52,625 nucleotides of DNA from Nitratiruptor sp. (GTDB taxonomy: Bacteria; Campylobacterota; Campylobacteria; Campylobacterales; Nitratiruptoraceae): positions 380-53,004 of the forward strand of contig JALWCE010000097.1 of assembly GCA_027036935.1 (NCBI GenBank), given 5' to 3'. The translations under genes and the position numbers were made by a program. This document shows positions 1 to 8,606 of the stretch, one piece after another. The notes beneath the pieces are model-generated. The model was not told where the DNA came from. It made no database searches and worked only from the letters and a program-made list of their open reading frames with translations. Numbering within the stretch: the stretch's first letter is position 1; each line of letters starts with the position of its first letter.

Positions 1-1
1 C

Positions 2-667
2 CAACATCTTAGAGTGCGTATGGGCTCCCGCAAATCCGTGGAAAGCGTGGGTGGAAGTCTTTCGCAAAGTCGAGACGCTACCCTTTACCTTTGGCATATG
101 GCAGCTGGTGCAGCGAGTGTTTTCAATTTCTCCTTTGGTATCGGTGGAGCAGACGTTGAGACCAAATTTATTGCGTTTGTGGGAGTGGCATCCCATACAG
201 ACGTTGCCTTGCAAGAAGTTTGGATTGGAGGTGTCGATCTTGTGATAGGGCGAGGCGATGTGATCTTTTCTAGCTCCAAAATATTTTTTAGGCTCTGGGC
301 TGATGATGTTTTTGTTTGCTTTGAAGCCCGGTTCGATTTTTTTGATGCGGTGGCAGTAGGCGCAGGCGACGGCGTCGTTTTGGGTGGGGTTTTTGGGATC
401 GGGGCCTATGCCGTTGGGCGCCATGAGCTCTTTGAGGTTGTCGGCTGCAGGGGTATGGCACCTAGCACACTTGTAGGCCCCCTTTTTGTGGAGTGGGTTT
501 TTAAGCCAGACTGCTTTATGGATCGGGTCTTTGAAGATCGTGGCGTTGGCGTGCATGCTGGTCTGGTACTCTTTGAAGATTTTTGGGTGACAGCTTTTAC
601 AGTCGCTGTTTGGAGCGAATTTGGCAAAAGCGAGCGTGGCGCTTAGTAGTAGTATCCATTTTTTCAT
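2..667 (-). CDS. Periplasmic multiheme c-type cytochrome (cytochrome c554-like), 3' end beyond window edge; absent from ORF track
   Basis: Hand translation from ATG at 667 (RBS AAGGAG upstream) gives MKKWILLLSATLAFA (signal peptide)-KFAPNSDCKSCHPKIFKEYQTSMHA... It has five CxxCH motifs: CKSCH 601-587, CARCH 469-455, CAYCH 364-350, CMGCH 199-185 and CTSCH(MP) 112-98. The frame stays open to the window edge (222 codons). Confidence 0.92.
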   Translation of the reverse strand, partial: MKKWILLLSATLAFAKFAPNSDCKSCHPKIFKEYQTSMHANATIFKDPIHKAVWLKNPLHKKGAYKCARCHTPAADNLKELMAPNGIGPDPKNPTQNDAVACAYCHRIKKIEPGFKANKNIISPEPKKYFGARKDHIASPYHKIDTSNPNFLQGNVCMGCHSHKRNKFGLNVCSTDTKGEIENTRCTSCHMPKVKGSVSTLRKTSTHAFHGFAGAHTHSKML

Positions 668-677
668 CGTTTCTCCT

Positions 678-1214
678 TTAGATCGATTGCCACCAGGCAT
701 CTAAATCAAATGGTATGCTACATCCATCGATATCCACTTCCATTTTGCCCTCGCTCTTTTCATCAATCTTTTTATACTCAAAATCGATGAGTTTGTAGAG
801 TTTGACCTTTTTGAGATTGTAATCCACCATCATGTAGTACTCTACTCCTTCTTTTTGATAGGTTTGAAACTTTATCGTCGTATCTTTGAGGGCGGTGGAG
901 GGGGAGAGGATCTCGACAATGAACTTGGGAGGCGTTCGAATGAAATCTACTATCTTTTGGCAAGTTATGGCGATATCTGGGCGAAAGACGTTGAACTCAT
1001 CGATGATGTAATCAAGTTCTGCATAGATATGGCATGGTTTTTTGCATCTATCGAAAGCTTTACCAATATCTATTATGATCTTAGATAGGATAGCTTGATG
1101 AGGTCCAATAGGGCTTGGCGCCATGGCTACCGCCTCGCCATCGATCAGCTCCCAATCACCCTCCCATAGCTTGTAATCTTCATAGGTATAGGGAAGTTTG
1201 TATGCCAAACTCAT
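678..1214 (-). CDS. Uma2 family (DUF820) PD-(D/E)XK putative endonuclease
   Basis: YTYEDY..WEGDWELIDG..AMAPSP...HQ, RPDIAI, IVEILSPSTALKD...K...Y...GV..Y are the Uma2 hallmark motifs. Confidence 0.9.
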   Translation of the reverse strand: MSLAYKLPYTYEDYKLWEGDWELIDGEAVAMAPSPIGPHQAILSKIIIDIGKAFDRCKKPCHIYAELDYIIDEFNVFRPDIAITCQKIVDFIRTPPKFIVEILSPSTALKDTTIKFQTYQKEGVEYYMMVDYNLKKVKLYKLIDFEYKKIDEKSEGKMEVDIDGCSIPFDLDAWWQSI

Positions 1215-1402
1215 TCATAGCCCCTCTCTTTTCTCTTTTTCTCAATCTCTTGGCGGCGTTTGAGTGCTTCGTTGGAGGGGGTGTTTGGATTGCTAAAGAG
1301 GGCTTTGCCATAAAGCACACACCCCTTATCTCCTGGATCACAGGTTTTTTTGAGTAGATCGCAATACTCACCTATTTGATGTGAGCAGGTCCAGCCGCTC
1401 AT
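1211..1402 (-). CDS. Small Cys-rich hypothetical protein (63 aa)
   Basis: Good RBS (AAGGAG, 5 nt before ATG); ATGA overlap with the Uma2 start; four Cys in the N-half; basic C-terminal helix. Confidence 0.75.
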   Translation of the reverse strand: MSGWTCSHQIGEYCDLLKKTCDPGDKGCVLYGKALFSNPNTPSNEALKRRQEIEKKRKERGYE

Positions 1403-1415
1403 GGATGCTCCTTTT

Positions 1416-1424
1416 TGTTATAAT
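1416..1424 (+). promoter_or_regulatory. Extended -10 housekeeping promoter (TGTTATAAT) for lipoprotein-dapE
   Basis: Perfect TGnTATAAT 20 nt upstream of ATG 1445. Confidence 0.65.
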
Positions 1425-1444
1425 ATCGCAAAAAAGGATAGGAT

Positions 1445-1783
1445 ATGAAAAAAGTGTTTTTCTTTGCTATTGTAGCATTTTTTCTAGCAGGTTGTACTCA
1501 AGAGACCCAAAACAAGCTAGGACGTGCCATTGTCAATTGGACCGGTACCAACGGAATTTTGGAGATATACAGCGGCGGTAAAGTGGTCAGACGCATAATG
1601 GATATAGACAAAATCTCTACCGCTTATGGTACGGATGACAATCGTCCTAGACCCTATCGCTACGGGTATGGTTATATTGATCTTAATCTTGATGGGAGGT
1701 TGGAAAAGGAAGAGAGACGCAAAAAGGTCTATTTTGAGTTTAGCGACTACTCTACGCAATATCTTTTTTACGAGCATCCTTGA
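1445..1783 (+). CDS. Hypothetical lipoprotein with EF-hand-like loop
   Basis: Lipobox LAG-C after a hydrophobic signal; DLNLDGRLEKEE loop; AGGA RBS; TGATG coupling to dapE. Confidence 0.8.
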   Translation: MKKVFFFAIVAFFLAGCTQETQNKLGRAIVNWTGTNGILEIYSGGKVVRRIMDIDKISTAYGTDDNRPRPYRYGYGYIDLNLDGRLEKEERRKKVYFEFSDYSTQYLFYEHP

Positions 1784-2877
1784 TGGAAGTACTCGATCTT
1801 TTTAAAGAATTATTGAGCTTTCCAAGCGTTACACCGGATGATGCGGGAAGTCTCGACTTTATCAGAGAATATTTGAGTGACTATCAAGCGCTTTGGTTTA
1901 ACAAAAATGGAGTAAAAAACCTCTTTTTGTACAAAAAATTTGGCAACGGGGAACATCTTTGTTTTGCTGGTCATGTGGATGTGGTGCCTCCGGGAGATGG
2001 GTGGCATAGCGATCCTTTTGAACCATTAGAGAAAGATGGCTTTATCTATGCAAGAGGTGCTCAAGATATGAAGAGTGGCGTGGCCGCTTTCGTACAAGCT
2101 GCCAAAGAGGTCCAAAATTTTACCGGCACTCTCTCGCTGCTGCTCACAAGCGATGAAGAAGGAGAAGCTAAGTGGGGAACAAAGTATGCTTTGGAAGAGC
2201 TTAAGCGTATAGATATGATTCCCGATTATGCCGTTGTGGCCGAGCCTACCTGTGAGGATCGCTTTGGCGATGCGATAAAGATTGGGCGGCGAGGCTCTAT
2301 AAATGGTGTTATCGAAAAGATTGGCAAGCAAGGCCACGCCGCTTATCCTGAAAAAGCGATCAATCCTATCCATAAAGTGGCCCAAGTGCTTCCCCATATG
2401 GCCGGAGTGGATCTGGATGAGGGGGACGAGTATTTTGCTCCGAGCAAATTTGTCATCACGGATATCCGTGCCGGGATGGAGGTGACCAACGTCACGCCCG
2501 GGAAGCTGAAGATGATGTTCAACGTGCGTAACAATACCCATACTACGATGGAGGATATAGAGCGATTTGTACATCGCTACTTTGACGGAATGAACTACTC
2601 TTTAAAGCTTAGTCAAAGTGCCAAACCTTTCATGACCGATCCAAACAGCAAGATCGTACGCCTCATCGATCAAGCGATCCAAAAGATTGTGGGCATCACT
2701 CCAAAACACTCCACTGCTGGTGGGACGAGCGATGCGAGATTTTTGGCTGAATATGGCGTCAAGACGATAGAATTTGGTGTCAAAAACGATACGATCCATG
2801 CGCCTAACGAGCGCACAGCTAAAGATGAGGTAGTCAAACTCTATGAAGTATTTAAAGAAGTGATGAAAGAGTTTTAG
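1783..2877 (+). CDS. dapE: Succinyl-diaminopimelate desuccinylase
   Basis: M20 motifs GHVDVVP, RGAQDMKSG, SDEE, EPT, GRRGS, GHAAYP, GGTSDARF, TIHAPNE; ATG at 1783 overlaps the upstream stop. Confidence 0.96.
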   Translation: MEVLDLFKELLSFPSVTPDDAGSLDFIREYLSDYQALWFNKNGVKNLFLYKKFGNGEHLCFAGHVDVVPPGDGWHSDPFEPLEKDGFIYARGAQDMKSGVAAFVQAAKEVQNFTGTLSLLLTSDEEGEAKWGTKYALEELKRIDMIPDYAVVAEPTCEDRFGDAIKIGRRGSINGVIEKIGKQGHAAYPEKAINPIHKVAQVLPHMAGVDLDEGDEYFAPSKFVITDIRAGMEVTNVTPGKLKMMFNVRNNTHTTMEDIERFVHRYFDGMNYSLKLSQSAKPFMTDPNSKIVRLIDQAIQKIVGITPKHSTAGGTSDARFLAEYGVKTIEFGVKNDTIHAPNERTAKDEVVKLYEVFKEVMKEF

Positions 2878-2895
2878 GGGCGAAAAAGGCCCCTA
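2875..2895. terminator. Hairpin between convergent genes, probable bidirectional terminator
   Basis: TAGGGGC-GAAAAAG-GCCCCTA perfect 7-bp stem at the dapE/DUF2231 junction. Confidence 0.6.
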
Positions 2896-2897
2896 TA

Positions 2898-3707
2898 TTA
2901 TTGTTGTAATGCGGAGGAGACGGCTTCTTGAGCAGAGGAGGCCATACCTTTGATTTGACCAAGCGCCTTTTGAGCTTTTTGCATCAAATTCTCAGCACTA
3001 GAGCTTTGAGAGCTACTAGTTGCTTGACTGCTGCTTGTTTGACTCTTTGCACTTGAGGAGCTCTTCTCTTGTGCCACGCTTGTTTGGATACTACTGCTAG
3101 AGGCTTCACTGCTGCTTGATAGGGTAGTAGCCGTACTAGAGCTAGAACTGCTTGTAGTTTGTGTGTTGAGGCTGCTCTTACAGCTTTGTAGTTTGTCTTC
3201 TAGATCCATTATTTTATCGTCCATCGCACTGACGGCTTTGACATTGGCTCCATAGGTATAGACAAGCTCTCCGCCTTCTTTGCCTTGTTTGAAGACAAAA
3301 CCTAAGAAAATGGCCAAAACGATAATAAAGAAAAGTTTGGCCAACATACCTTGAAAAGCGGCGACGATAAGACGCAGGATAAAAAGCGCTCCTATGCCGT
3401 AGAGCAGATAAATACCTAGCATCTTATGCTCTTTGAGCTCGGCTTTGCCGTCGGCATTAAGAAGCGAAAAGGTCTCGCTACCGTCATGTTTACCAGTCAT
3501 TACCGCGGCGAAATAGACGCCAAAAGCCAAAAGCAGTAAAAGCGTAGAGATTACGCCTACACATTTGCGTTTGGTAAAGAGATTGACAATCTCCAAAAGC
3601 ATGACGATCACGGGGATCGCTATGGCAAAGTGTACCGTTACAGGGTGTAGAAGCAGCGGTATCTCTACCGGAAGTTTGATCGAGTCGATAAGTCCAATTA
3701 GATCCAT
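2898..3707 (-). CDS. DUF2231-like membrane protein with Ser/Thr/Gln-rich C-terminal tail
   Basis: LHPVTVHFAIA start, four hydrophobic helices, H..LG and GGELVYTYG motifs typical of DUF2231; low-complexity Ser tail. Confidence 0.78.
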   Translation of the reverse strand: MDLIGLIDSIKLPVEIPLLLHPVTVHFAIAIPVIVMLLEIVNLFTKRKCVGVISTLLLLLAFGVYFAAVMTGKHDGSETFSLLNADGKAELKEHKMLGIYLLYGIGALFILRLIVAAFQGMLAKLFFIIVLAIFLGFVFKQGKEGGELVYTYGANVKAVSAMDDKIMDLEDKLQSCKSSLNTQTTSSSSSSTATTLSSSSEASSSSIQTSVAQEKSSSSAKSQTSSSQATSSSQSSSAENLMQKAQKALGQIKGMASSAQEAVSSALQQ

Positions 3708-3738
3708 CGTTGCATCCTTTCGTAGATGTTTCGATTTG

Positions 3739-3747
3739 ATTGTAACA
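3739..3747 (-). promoter_or_regulatory. Extended -10 (TGTTACAAT) for the DUF2231 gene
   Basis: Reverse complement of ATTGTAACA, about 30 nt upstream of the start at 3707. Confidence 0.5.
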
Positions 3748-3781
3748 TAAAAATTTTTTATCCTACCTAAAAAGAACCTTT

Positions 3782-3790
3782 TGGTATAAT
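3782..3790 (+). promoter_or_regulatory. Extended -10 (TGGTATAAT) for ridA
   Basis: Perfect TGnTATAAT followed by AAGGAG RBS and ATG 3812. Confidence 0.65.
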
Positions 3791-3811
3791 TTTAAACAAA
3801 AAGGAGATAGT

Positions 3812-4189
3812 ATGCAATCTATCCATACCGATAAGGCACCGGCGGCCATTGGCCCCTATTCTCAAGCAATTTGTGTAGATTCTTTGCTCTTTACCTCCGG
3901 TCAAATCGCTTTAAAACCAGATGGAAGCGAGGAGGTACTATCTCAAGGAGTGGAGGCCCAGACCAAGCAGGTGCTACAAAATTTGCAAAATGTGCTCGAA
4001 GCTGGGGGAAGCGGATTGGATAAAGTTATCAAAACAACTATTTTTTTGACTGATATGGAAGATTTTGGGGTAGTCAATAGAGTCTACGGAGAGTTTTTTG
4101 GCTCCCATCGTCCAGCCAGAAGTACCGTCGCTGTTAAAACCTTGCCCAAAAACGCTTTGGTTGAGATCGAAGCTATAGCCAAAGTTTAA
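3812..4189 (+). CDS. ridA: RidA/YjgF family enamine/imine deaminase
   Basis: [24 protein letters not shown] (catalytic Arg), [13 protein letters not shown]. Confidence 0.93.
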   Translation: MQSIHTDKAPAAIGPYSQAICVDSLLFTSGQIALKPDGSEEVLSQGVEAQTKQVLQNLQNVLEAGGSGLDKVIKTTIFLTDMEDFGVVNRVYGEFFGSHRPARSTVAVKTLPKNALVEIEAIAKV

Positions 4190-4250
4190 ACAAACTTTAA
4201 TAAGCCTTTGGCTATCATTCGCAACTAAAATCGGCAAAGGATCGGCTAGG

Positions 4251-4559
4251 ATGTATGCAATCATTAAAAATGGTGGAAAGCAATATAAAGTCAAAGAAGG
4301 GGATATCCTCAGACTAGACAAAATGGGTTTGGAGCCAAAGACAAAAGTAGAGTTTAAAGAGGTTTTAGCCGTCAATGACGGTGAACTTAAAGTAGGCTCT
4401 CCGTTCGTAGAGGGAGCTGTCGTAGTTGGCGAAGTCATTAATGAAGGACGGGATAAAAAAGTCATCATCTTCAAAAAAAGAAGAAGAAAAGACTCTAAAG
4501 TCAAGCGAGGATTTAGAAGAGATTTTACTCGCATTAAAATCACAGCGATCAACGCATAA
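4251..4559 (+). CDS. rplU: 50S ribosomal protein L21
   Basis: [14 protein letters not shown]...KKRRRKDS...GFRRDFT. Confidence 0.98.
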   Translation: MYAIIKNGGKQYKVKEGDILRLDKMGLEPKTKVEFKEVLAVNDGELKVGSPFVEGAVVVGEVINEGRDKKVIIFKKRRRKDSKVKRGFRRDFTRIKITAINA

Positions 4560-4568
4560 GGAGAAGAA

Positions 4569-4826
4569 ATGGCTCATAAGAAAGGTCAGGGGAGTACCCA
4601 GAATAACCGCGATAGTGCGGGTCGCCGCTTAGGCGTGAAAAAATTTGGCGGAGAGTTCGTACGGGCTGGCAACATCATCATTCGACAAAGAGGCACCAAA
4701 GTCCATCCGGGCAACAATGTAGGTCTTGGAAAAGATCATACCATTTTTGCCCTGATCGATGGATTTGTCAAATTTGAGCGATACGGCAAAGACAGACAAA
4801 AAGTCTCCGTATATCCTGCAGAATAA
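4569..4826 (+). CDS. rpmA: 50S ribosomal protein L27
   Basis: [28 protein letters not shown]. Confidence 0.98.
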   Translation: MAHKKGQGSTQNNRDSAGRRLGVKKFGGEFVRAGNIIIRQRGTKVHPGNNVGLGKDHTIFALIDGFVKFERYGKDRQKVSVYPAE

Positions 4827-4842
4827 GCCTTTTGGCTTATTC
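4821..4842 (+). terminator. Hairpin after rpmA (terminator/attenuator or processing stem)
   Basis: GAATAAGCC-TTTT-GGCTTATTC perfect 9-bp stem; lacks a U tail. Confidence 0.45.
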
Positions 4843-4881
4843 ACACAACTACCTCTTTCTTCATCTTTTAAGGATTATTCC

Positions 4882-5985
4882 ATGTTTATAGATAGTGTCG
4901 AACTCACCGTCCATTCGGGTAAAGGCGGCCAAGGGGCTGTAAGCTTTCGGAGAGAAAAGTTTGTACCAAAAGGCGGGCCTGATGGAGGGAATGGGGGCAA
5001 AGGGGGGGATGTCTATTTTGTAGTGGACAAAAATACTCATACCCTCTCCCACTATAAGGGTAAAAGAGTGCTTAAGGCCCAAAACGGCCGTCCAGGTGAG
5101 GGGCGACGCAAGCATGGGAAAAACGGCGAAGATTTGGTATTGATCGTACCTCCGGGTACTCAGGTGTATGATGCCGATACGGGAGAGCTGCTGCTTGATT
5201 TGGTAGAAGATGGTCAAAAGAGGCTCTTTTTAGAAGGGGGCAAGGGGGGCAAAGGCAATTGGCACTTTAAAAGTGCTTCCAATCAGCGGCCCACCTACGC
5301 CCAGCCCGGACTTCCCGGCAAGAGCCGCCATATTAGGTTAGAGCTCAAACTCATCGCCGATGTGGGATTAGTAGGATTTCCCAATGTGGGCAAATCCACT
5401 CTTATCTCTACTCTTTCTAATGCCAAACCTGAAATAGCCAACTATGAGTTTACGACCCTAACGCCAAAGCTAGGAGTAGTGCGAGTAAGCGAGTATGAGA
5501 GCTTCGTGATGGCCGATATTCCCGGTATCATTGGAGGGGCCAGTGAGGGCAAAGGGCTTGGACTGCAGTTTTTGCGTCATATCGAGCGTACCAAGAGCCT
5601 TTTGTATATGATAGATATCTCAAGTTATCGAGATCCAATCGCCCAGTTTAAAACGCTTCAAAAAGAGCTTAAAAATTTTAGCCAAGAGCTGGCCAAACGA
5701 AATTTTGCTATCGCTTTGACAAAGATCGATACTTTTGATGCGCAAGAGGCCAATGCAAGGATCCAAAACTTCATTGAGGGCCTTGGTCTACGTCCTGGTG
5801 GTCACAATCGCTATGGGCTGGATGAAAGGTATCTCTATTATCTGCAAGATCTAGAAGAGTACGATCCGGCCAAACCATACTTTATCTTTCCTATCTCCGC
5901 AGTAGCCAAGATCAATATCGAGCCTTTGAAATATGCTTTGTATGATCTGGTCAAGAAAGTTAGAGATGAGAAGAGTCGTTCTTAA
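4882..5985 (+). CDS. obgE: GTPase ObgE/CgtA
   Basis: Start revised to ATG 4882 (MFIDSV, AAGGA RBS); Gly-rich Obg fold GGPDGGNGG; G1 [21 protein letters not shown]. Confidence 0.97.
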   Translation: MFIDSVELTVHSGKGGQGAVSFRREKFVPKGGPDGGNGGKGGDVYFVVDKNTHTLSHYKGKRVLKAQNGRPGEGRRKHGKNGEDLVLIVPPGTQVYDADTGELLLDLVEDGQKRLFLEGGKGGKGNWHFKSASNQRPTYAQPGLPGKSRHIRLELKLIADVGLVGFPNVGKSTLISTLSNAKPEIANYEFTTLTPKLGVVRVSEYESFVMADIPGIIGGASEGKGLGLQFLRHIERTKSLLYMIDISSYRDPIAQFKTLQKELKNFSQELAKRNFAIALTKIDTFDAQEANARIQNFIEGLGLRPGGHNRYGLDERYLYYLQDLEEYDPAKPYFIFPISAVAKINIEPLKYALYDLVKKVRDEKSRS

Positions 5986-6736
5986 AGTAGGCAGTGCGGT
6001 CCTAACGGAAAATGGAGGATTGGCCAAAGAGCGGATGAGCAATCTTGTGGAGCTTTTGGCCAAGCTTACCAAAGACAAAGAGGTGATTTTAGTCAGTAGC
6101 GGAGCAGTAGCGGCCGGTTATACACTCGTGCCTTTAGAGCGATCCAAAGTGGCCAACAAACAAGCCCTTGCGGCTATCGGTCAGCCTCTTTTGATGCGTA
6201 GTTACCAAAAAAAATTGGAGCGTTTTGGCATTCCCGTGGCTCAAGTTCTCCTAAGTGCGGACGATTTTGACAGCCGAAAGCGTACCCATCACGCCAAGCA
6301 AGCAATCGAAGTATTGCTACAAAATGGAGTGATTCCCATCATCAACGAAAATGATGTGACCGCAACAGAGGAGCTCGTTTTTGGCGATAACGATCAGCTC
6401 TCTGCCCATGTGGCCTACTATTTTAATGCGGATATGCTAGCTATTTTGAGCGATATCGATGCCCTTTATGATAAAGATCCCAAGAAGCATCCAGATGCCC
6501 AGCCCCTGCGAGTGGTAGAAAAAATCCCTCAAGAGCTTTTAGAGCAGCGCTGTAATCCAAACCACTCCTTTGCCACGGGAGGGATTGTTACTAAACTAAA
6601 AGCCGCCAAGTTTTTGACTAAACGGGGTAAACCGATGTTTTTGGCTAGTGGTTTTAATCTCAAAGATGCTCAGAGCTTTTTACTTGAGGGCCGCCACGAG
6701 GGAGGGACGCTCTTCTTACCTGAGCGGTGCGGATGA
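5966..6736 (+). CDS. proB: Glutamate 5-kinase (no PUA domain)
   Basis: Start revised to ATG 5966 ([10 protein letters not shown]); [28 protein letters not shown]. Confidence 0.96.
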   Translation: MRRVVLKVGSAVLTENGGLAKERMSNLVELLAKLTKDKEVILVSSGAVAAGYTLVPLERSKVANKQALAAIGQPLLMRSYQKKLERFGIPVAQVLLSADDFDSRKRTHHAKQAIEVLLQNGVIPIINENDVTATEELVFGDNDQLSAHVAYYFNADMLAILSDIDALYDKDPKKHPDAQPLRVVEKIPQELLEQRCNPNHSFATGGIVTKLKAAKFLTKRGKPMFLASGFNLKDAQSFLLEGRHEGGTLFLPERCG

Positions 6737-7701
6737 GAAGCTATCTTGTTCCTTCTCGCATCGACTTTTCTTTTCATCAAACGCCAAAAAGCTTTTTTGT
6801 TGAGGAGATAGGGGCTAGAAATTTTGGTCAAAAGGGACGTTTTGCCATAGTTAAAGTCCAAAAAGAGGGACTCTCCACATGGGAGTTGGTACGAATATTT
6901 GGCTCTTTTTTGCAAGAGCAGGTAGGGTATGCCGGGCTTAAGGACAAAAACGCCACGACGATTCAATATTTGAGTTTTCCCGCATCTCATCTAAGAAGAC
7001 TTGCCAAATTTTCCCACCCTCATATCAAAATCATTCAGGTACAAAGGAGCAATAGGCCTCTTCGTATGGGAGATCTTCTGGGCAATCGGTTTGGTATCTG
7101 GATCGATAGAGTCGATACCAAAAAGTTTAGTCAGCTTCAAAAAGCTTTGGATAAGATCGTACAACAAGGTTTGCCCAACTATTTTGGCTATCAGCGTTTT
7201 GGCCAAAAGGCCTTGGAGCAGGCACGAGCTCTCATAGAGGGGGATTTTTTTACAAGAGACAAAAAGCTGGAGCGGATGCTGCTTTTTGCCTATCAAAGCG
7301 ATCTTTTTAATAGATGGTTGGATGAGCGGATCAGAATGAGTGAAAATGGTCGCTTTAAGCTACTCTGGGGTGATGTCTATCAAGCAGATTCCAAGCTCTT
7401 TACTCCTACACAGATTCCGTTAAAGGATTTTTTGGCCAAAAAAATTATGGTTACGGGACTGCTGTGTGGCTCCAAAGTCTATTTGGCTCAAGGAGAGGCT
7501 AGAAAGATAGAGGCTCAATATGAGGAGCTTTTACCTTTACGGGGTCAAAGACGAGCCGCCCTTGTATACCCTCAAGATGTAAAAATGCGCCATATCCAAG
7601 ATCGAGCTTATCTTGAATTCACCTTACCCAAGGGAAGCTACGCTACCATTTTATTAGAAAACTTAGCCGGTAAAAAGATCGATTACAAAGGATTGGCATG
7701 A
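6733..7701 (+). CDS. truD: tRNA pseudouridine(13) synthase TruD family
   Basis: [10 protein letters not shown] (catalytic Asp), [24 protein letters not shown]; ATGA overlaps on both sides. Confidence 0.9.
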   Translation: MRSYLVPSRIDFSFHQTPKSFFVEEIGARNFGQKGRFAIVKVQKEGLSTWELVRIFGSFLQEQVGYAGLKDKNATTIQYLSFPASHLRRLAKFSHPHIKIIQVQRSNRPLRMGDLLGNRFGIWIDRVDTKKFSQLQKALDKIVQQGLPNYFGYQRFGQKALEQARALIEGDFFTRDKKLERMLLFAYQSDLFNRWLDERIRMSENGRFKLLWGDVYQADSKLFTPTQIPLKDFLAKKIMVTGLLCGSKVYLAQGEARKIEAQYEELLPLRGQRRAALVYPQDVKMRHIQDRAYLEFTLPKGSYATILLENLAGKKIDYKGLA

Positions 7702-8606
7702 GAGTTGTTTTTATGGGTACGCCAGAATATGCGACGAAGATTTTGCAAAGTCTGCTCAAAAGTGTTGAGGTCGTGGGTGTATTTACCCAGCCAGACAAGC
7801 CGGTGGGACGAAAGCAGCTCCTTACGCCCCCAAACGTAAAGCGCTTTCTATTGGATAATGGATTAGATATCCCTCTTTTTCAGCCTCCAAATCTCAAAGA
7901 TTCAAAGATTGCACAAGAGATTAAAAGGGTACAACCCGATTTTATCGTAGTTGCGGCCTATGGACAGATATTGCCAAAAAGTATCCTCTCCATCGCCCCT
8001 TGTATCAATCTCCACGCCTCTTTACTGCCCAAATACCGAGGGGCAAGTCCCATCCAGCAAGCACTGCTTGAGGGTGAGAAGATCACCGGAGTGACGGCGA
8101 TGCTTATGGACGAGGGGCTTGATACGGGCGATATCCTCGCCTATTGCGCTTATCCTATCAAGCCAAAAGATACTGCAATCACTCTTTTTAATACCCTTGC
8201 CGATCTAGCGGCCAAACTCACTCCCAAAGTACTGCAACAATACCAAAAGCTCCAAGCCCTGCCTCAATGGGAAGTGGATGCGAGCTATTGCAAGAAGATT
8301 AAAAAAAGCGACGGACTTGTAGAGTTTGAGGACGCCAAAGAGATCTATGACAAGTATCGAGCTTTTATTGTGTGGCCCGGGATATTTCTCGCAAGCGGAC
8401 TCAAACTAAAAAAAATAGAGCTTGTGGATACCAGTAGCTCCAATAGGCCTGGGCGTATCGAAGCGATAGAGTCAGATGGTGTGGTGGTAGGGTGCGCTAA
8501 AGGTCGAATAAAGCTTCTTCGAGTACAGCCCCCCTCAAAAAGAGAGATGGAGGCGCTTGATTATATCAGAGGCAAAAGGATCGGTATTGGAGATACGCTG
8601 GTTTGA
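7698..8606 (+). CDS. fmt: Methionyl-tRNA formyltransferase
   Basis: FMGTPEYA, TQPDKPVGR, INLHASLLPKYRGASPI, GLDTGD. Confidence 0.97.
   Translation: MRVVFMGTPEYATKILQSLLKSVEVVGVFTQPDKPVGRKQLLTPPNVKRFLLDNGLDIPLFQPPNLKDSKIAQEIKRVQPDFIVVAAYGQILPKSILSIAPCINLHASLLPKYRGASPIQQALLEGEKITGVTAMLMDEGLDTGDILAYCAYPIKPKDTAITLFNTLADLAAKLTPKVLQQYQKLQALPQWEVDASYCKKIKKSDGLVEFEDAKEIYDKYRAFIVWPGIFLASGLKLKKIELVDTSSSNRPGRIEAIESDGVVVGCAKGRIKLLRVQPPSKREMEALDYIRGKRIGIGDTLV

Noticed and set aside
14-646. 210-aa plus-strand ORF
   Set aside because: Antisense shadow of the multiheme cytochrome; no motifs or RBS.
3000-3180. CTGCT/CTAG-type repeats as a DNA repeat array or CRISPR
   Set aside because: Explained by Ser codons in a low-complexity protein tail; no constant repeat-spacer period.
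5770-5885. Extra segment in the ObgE G-domain and no C-terminal extension
   Set aside because: Variable region; as I recall, short Obg proteins of this type are usual in this phylum, and all G motifs are intact.
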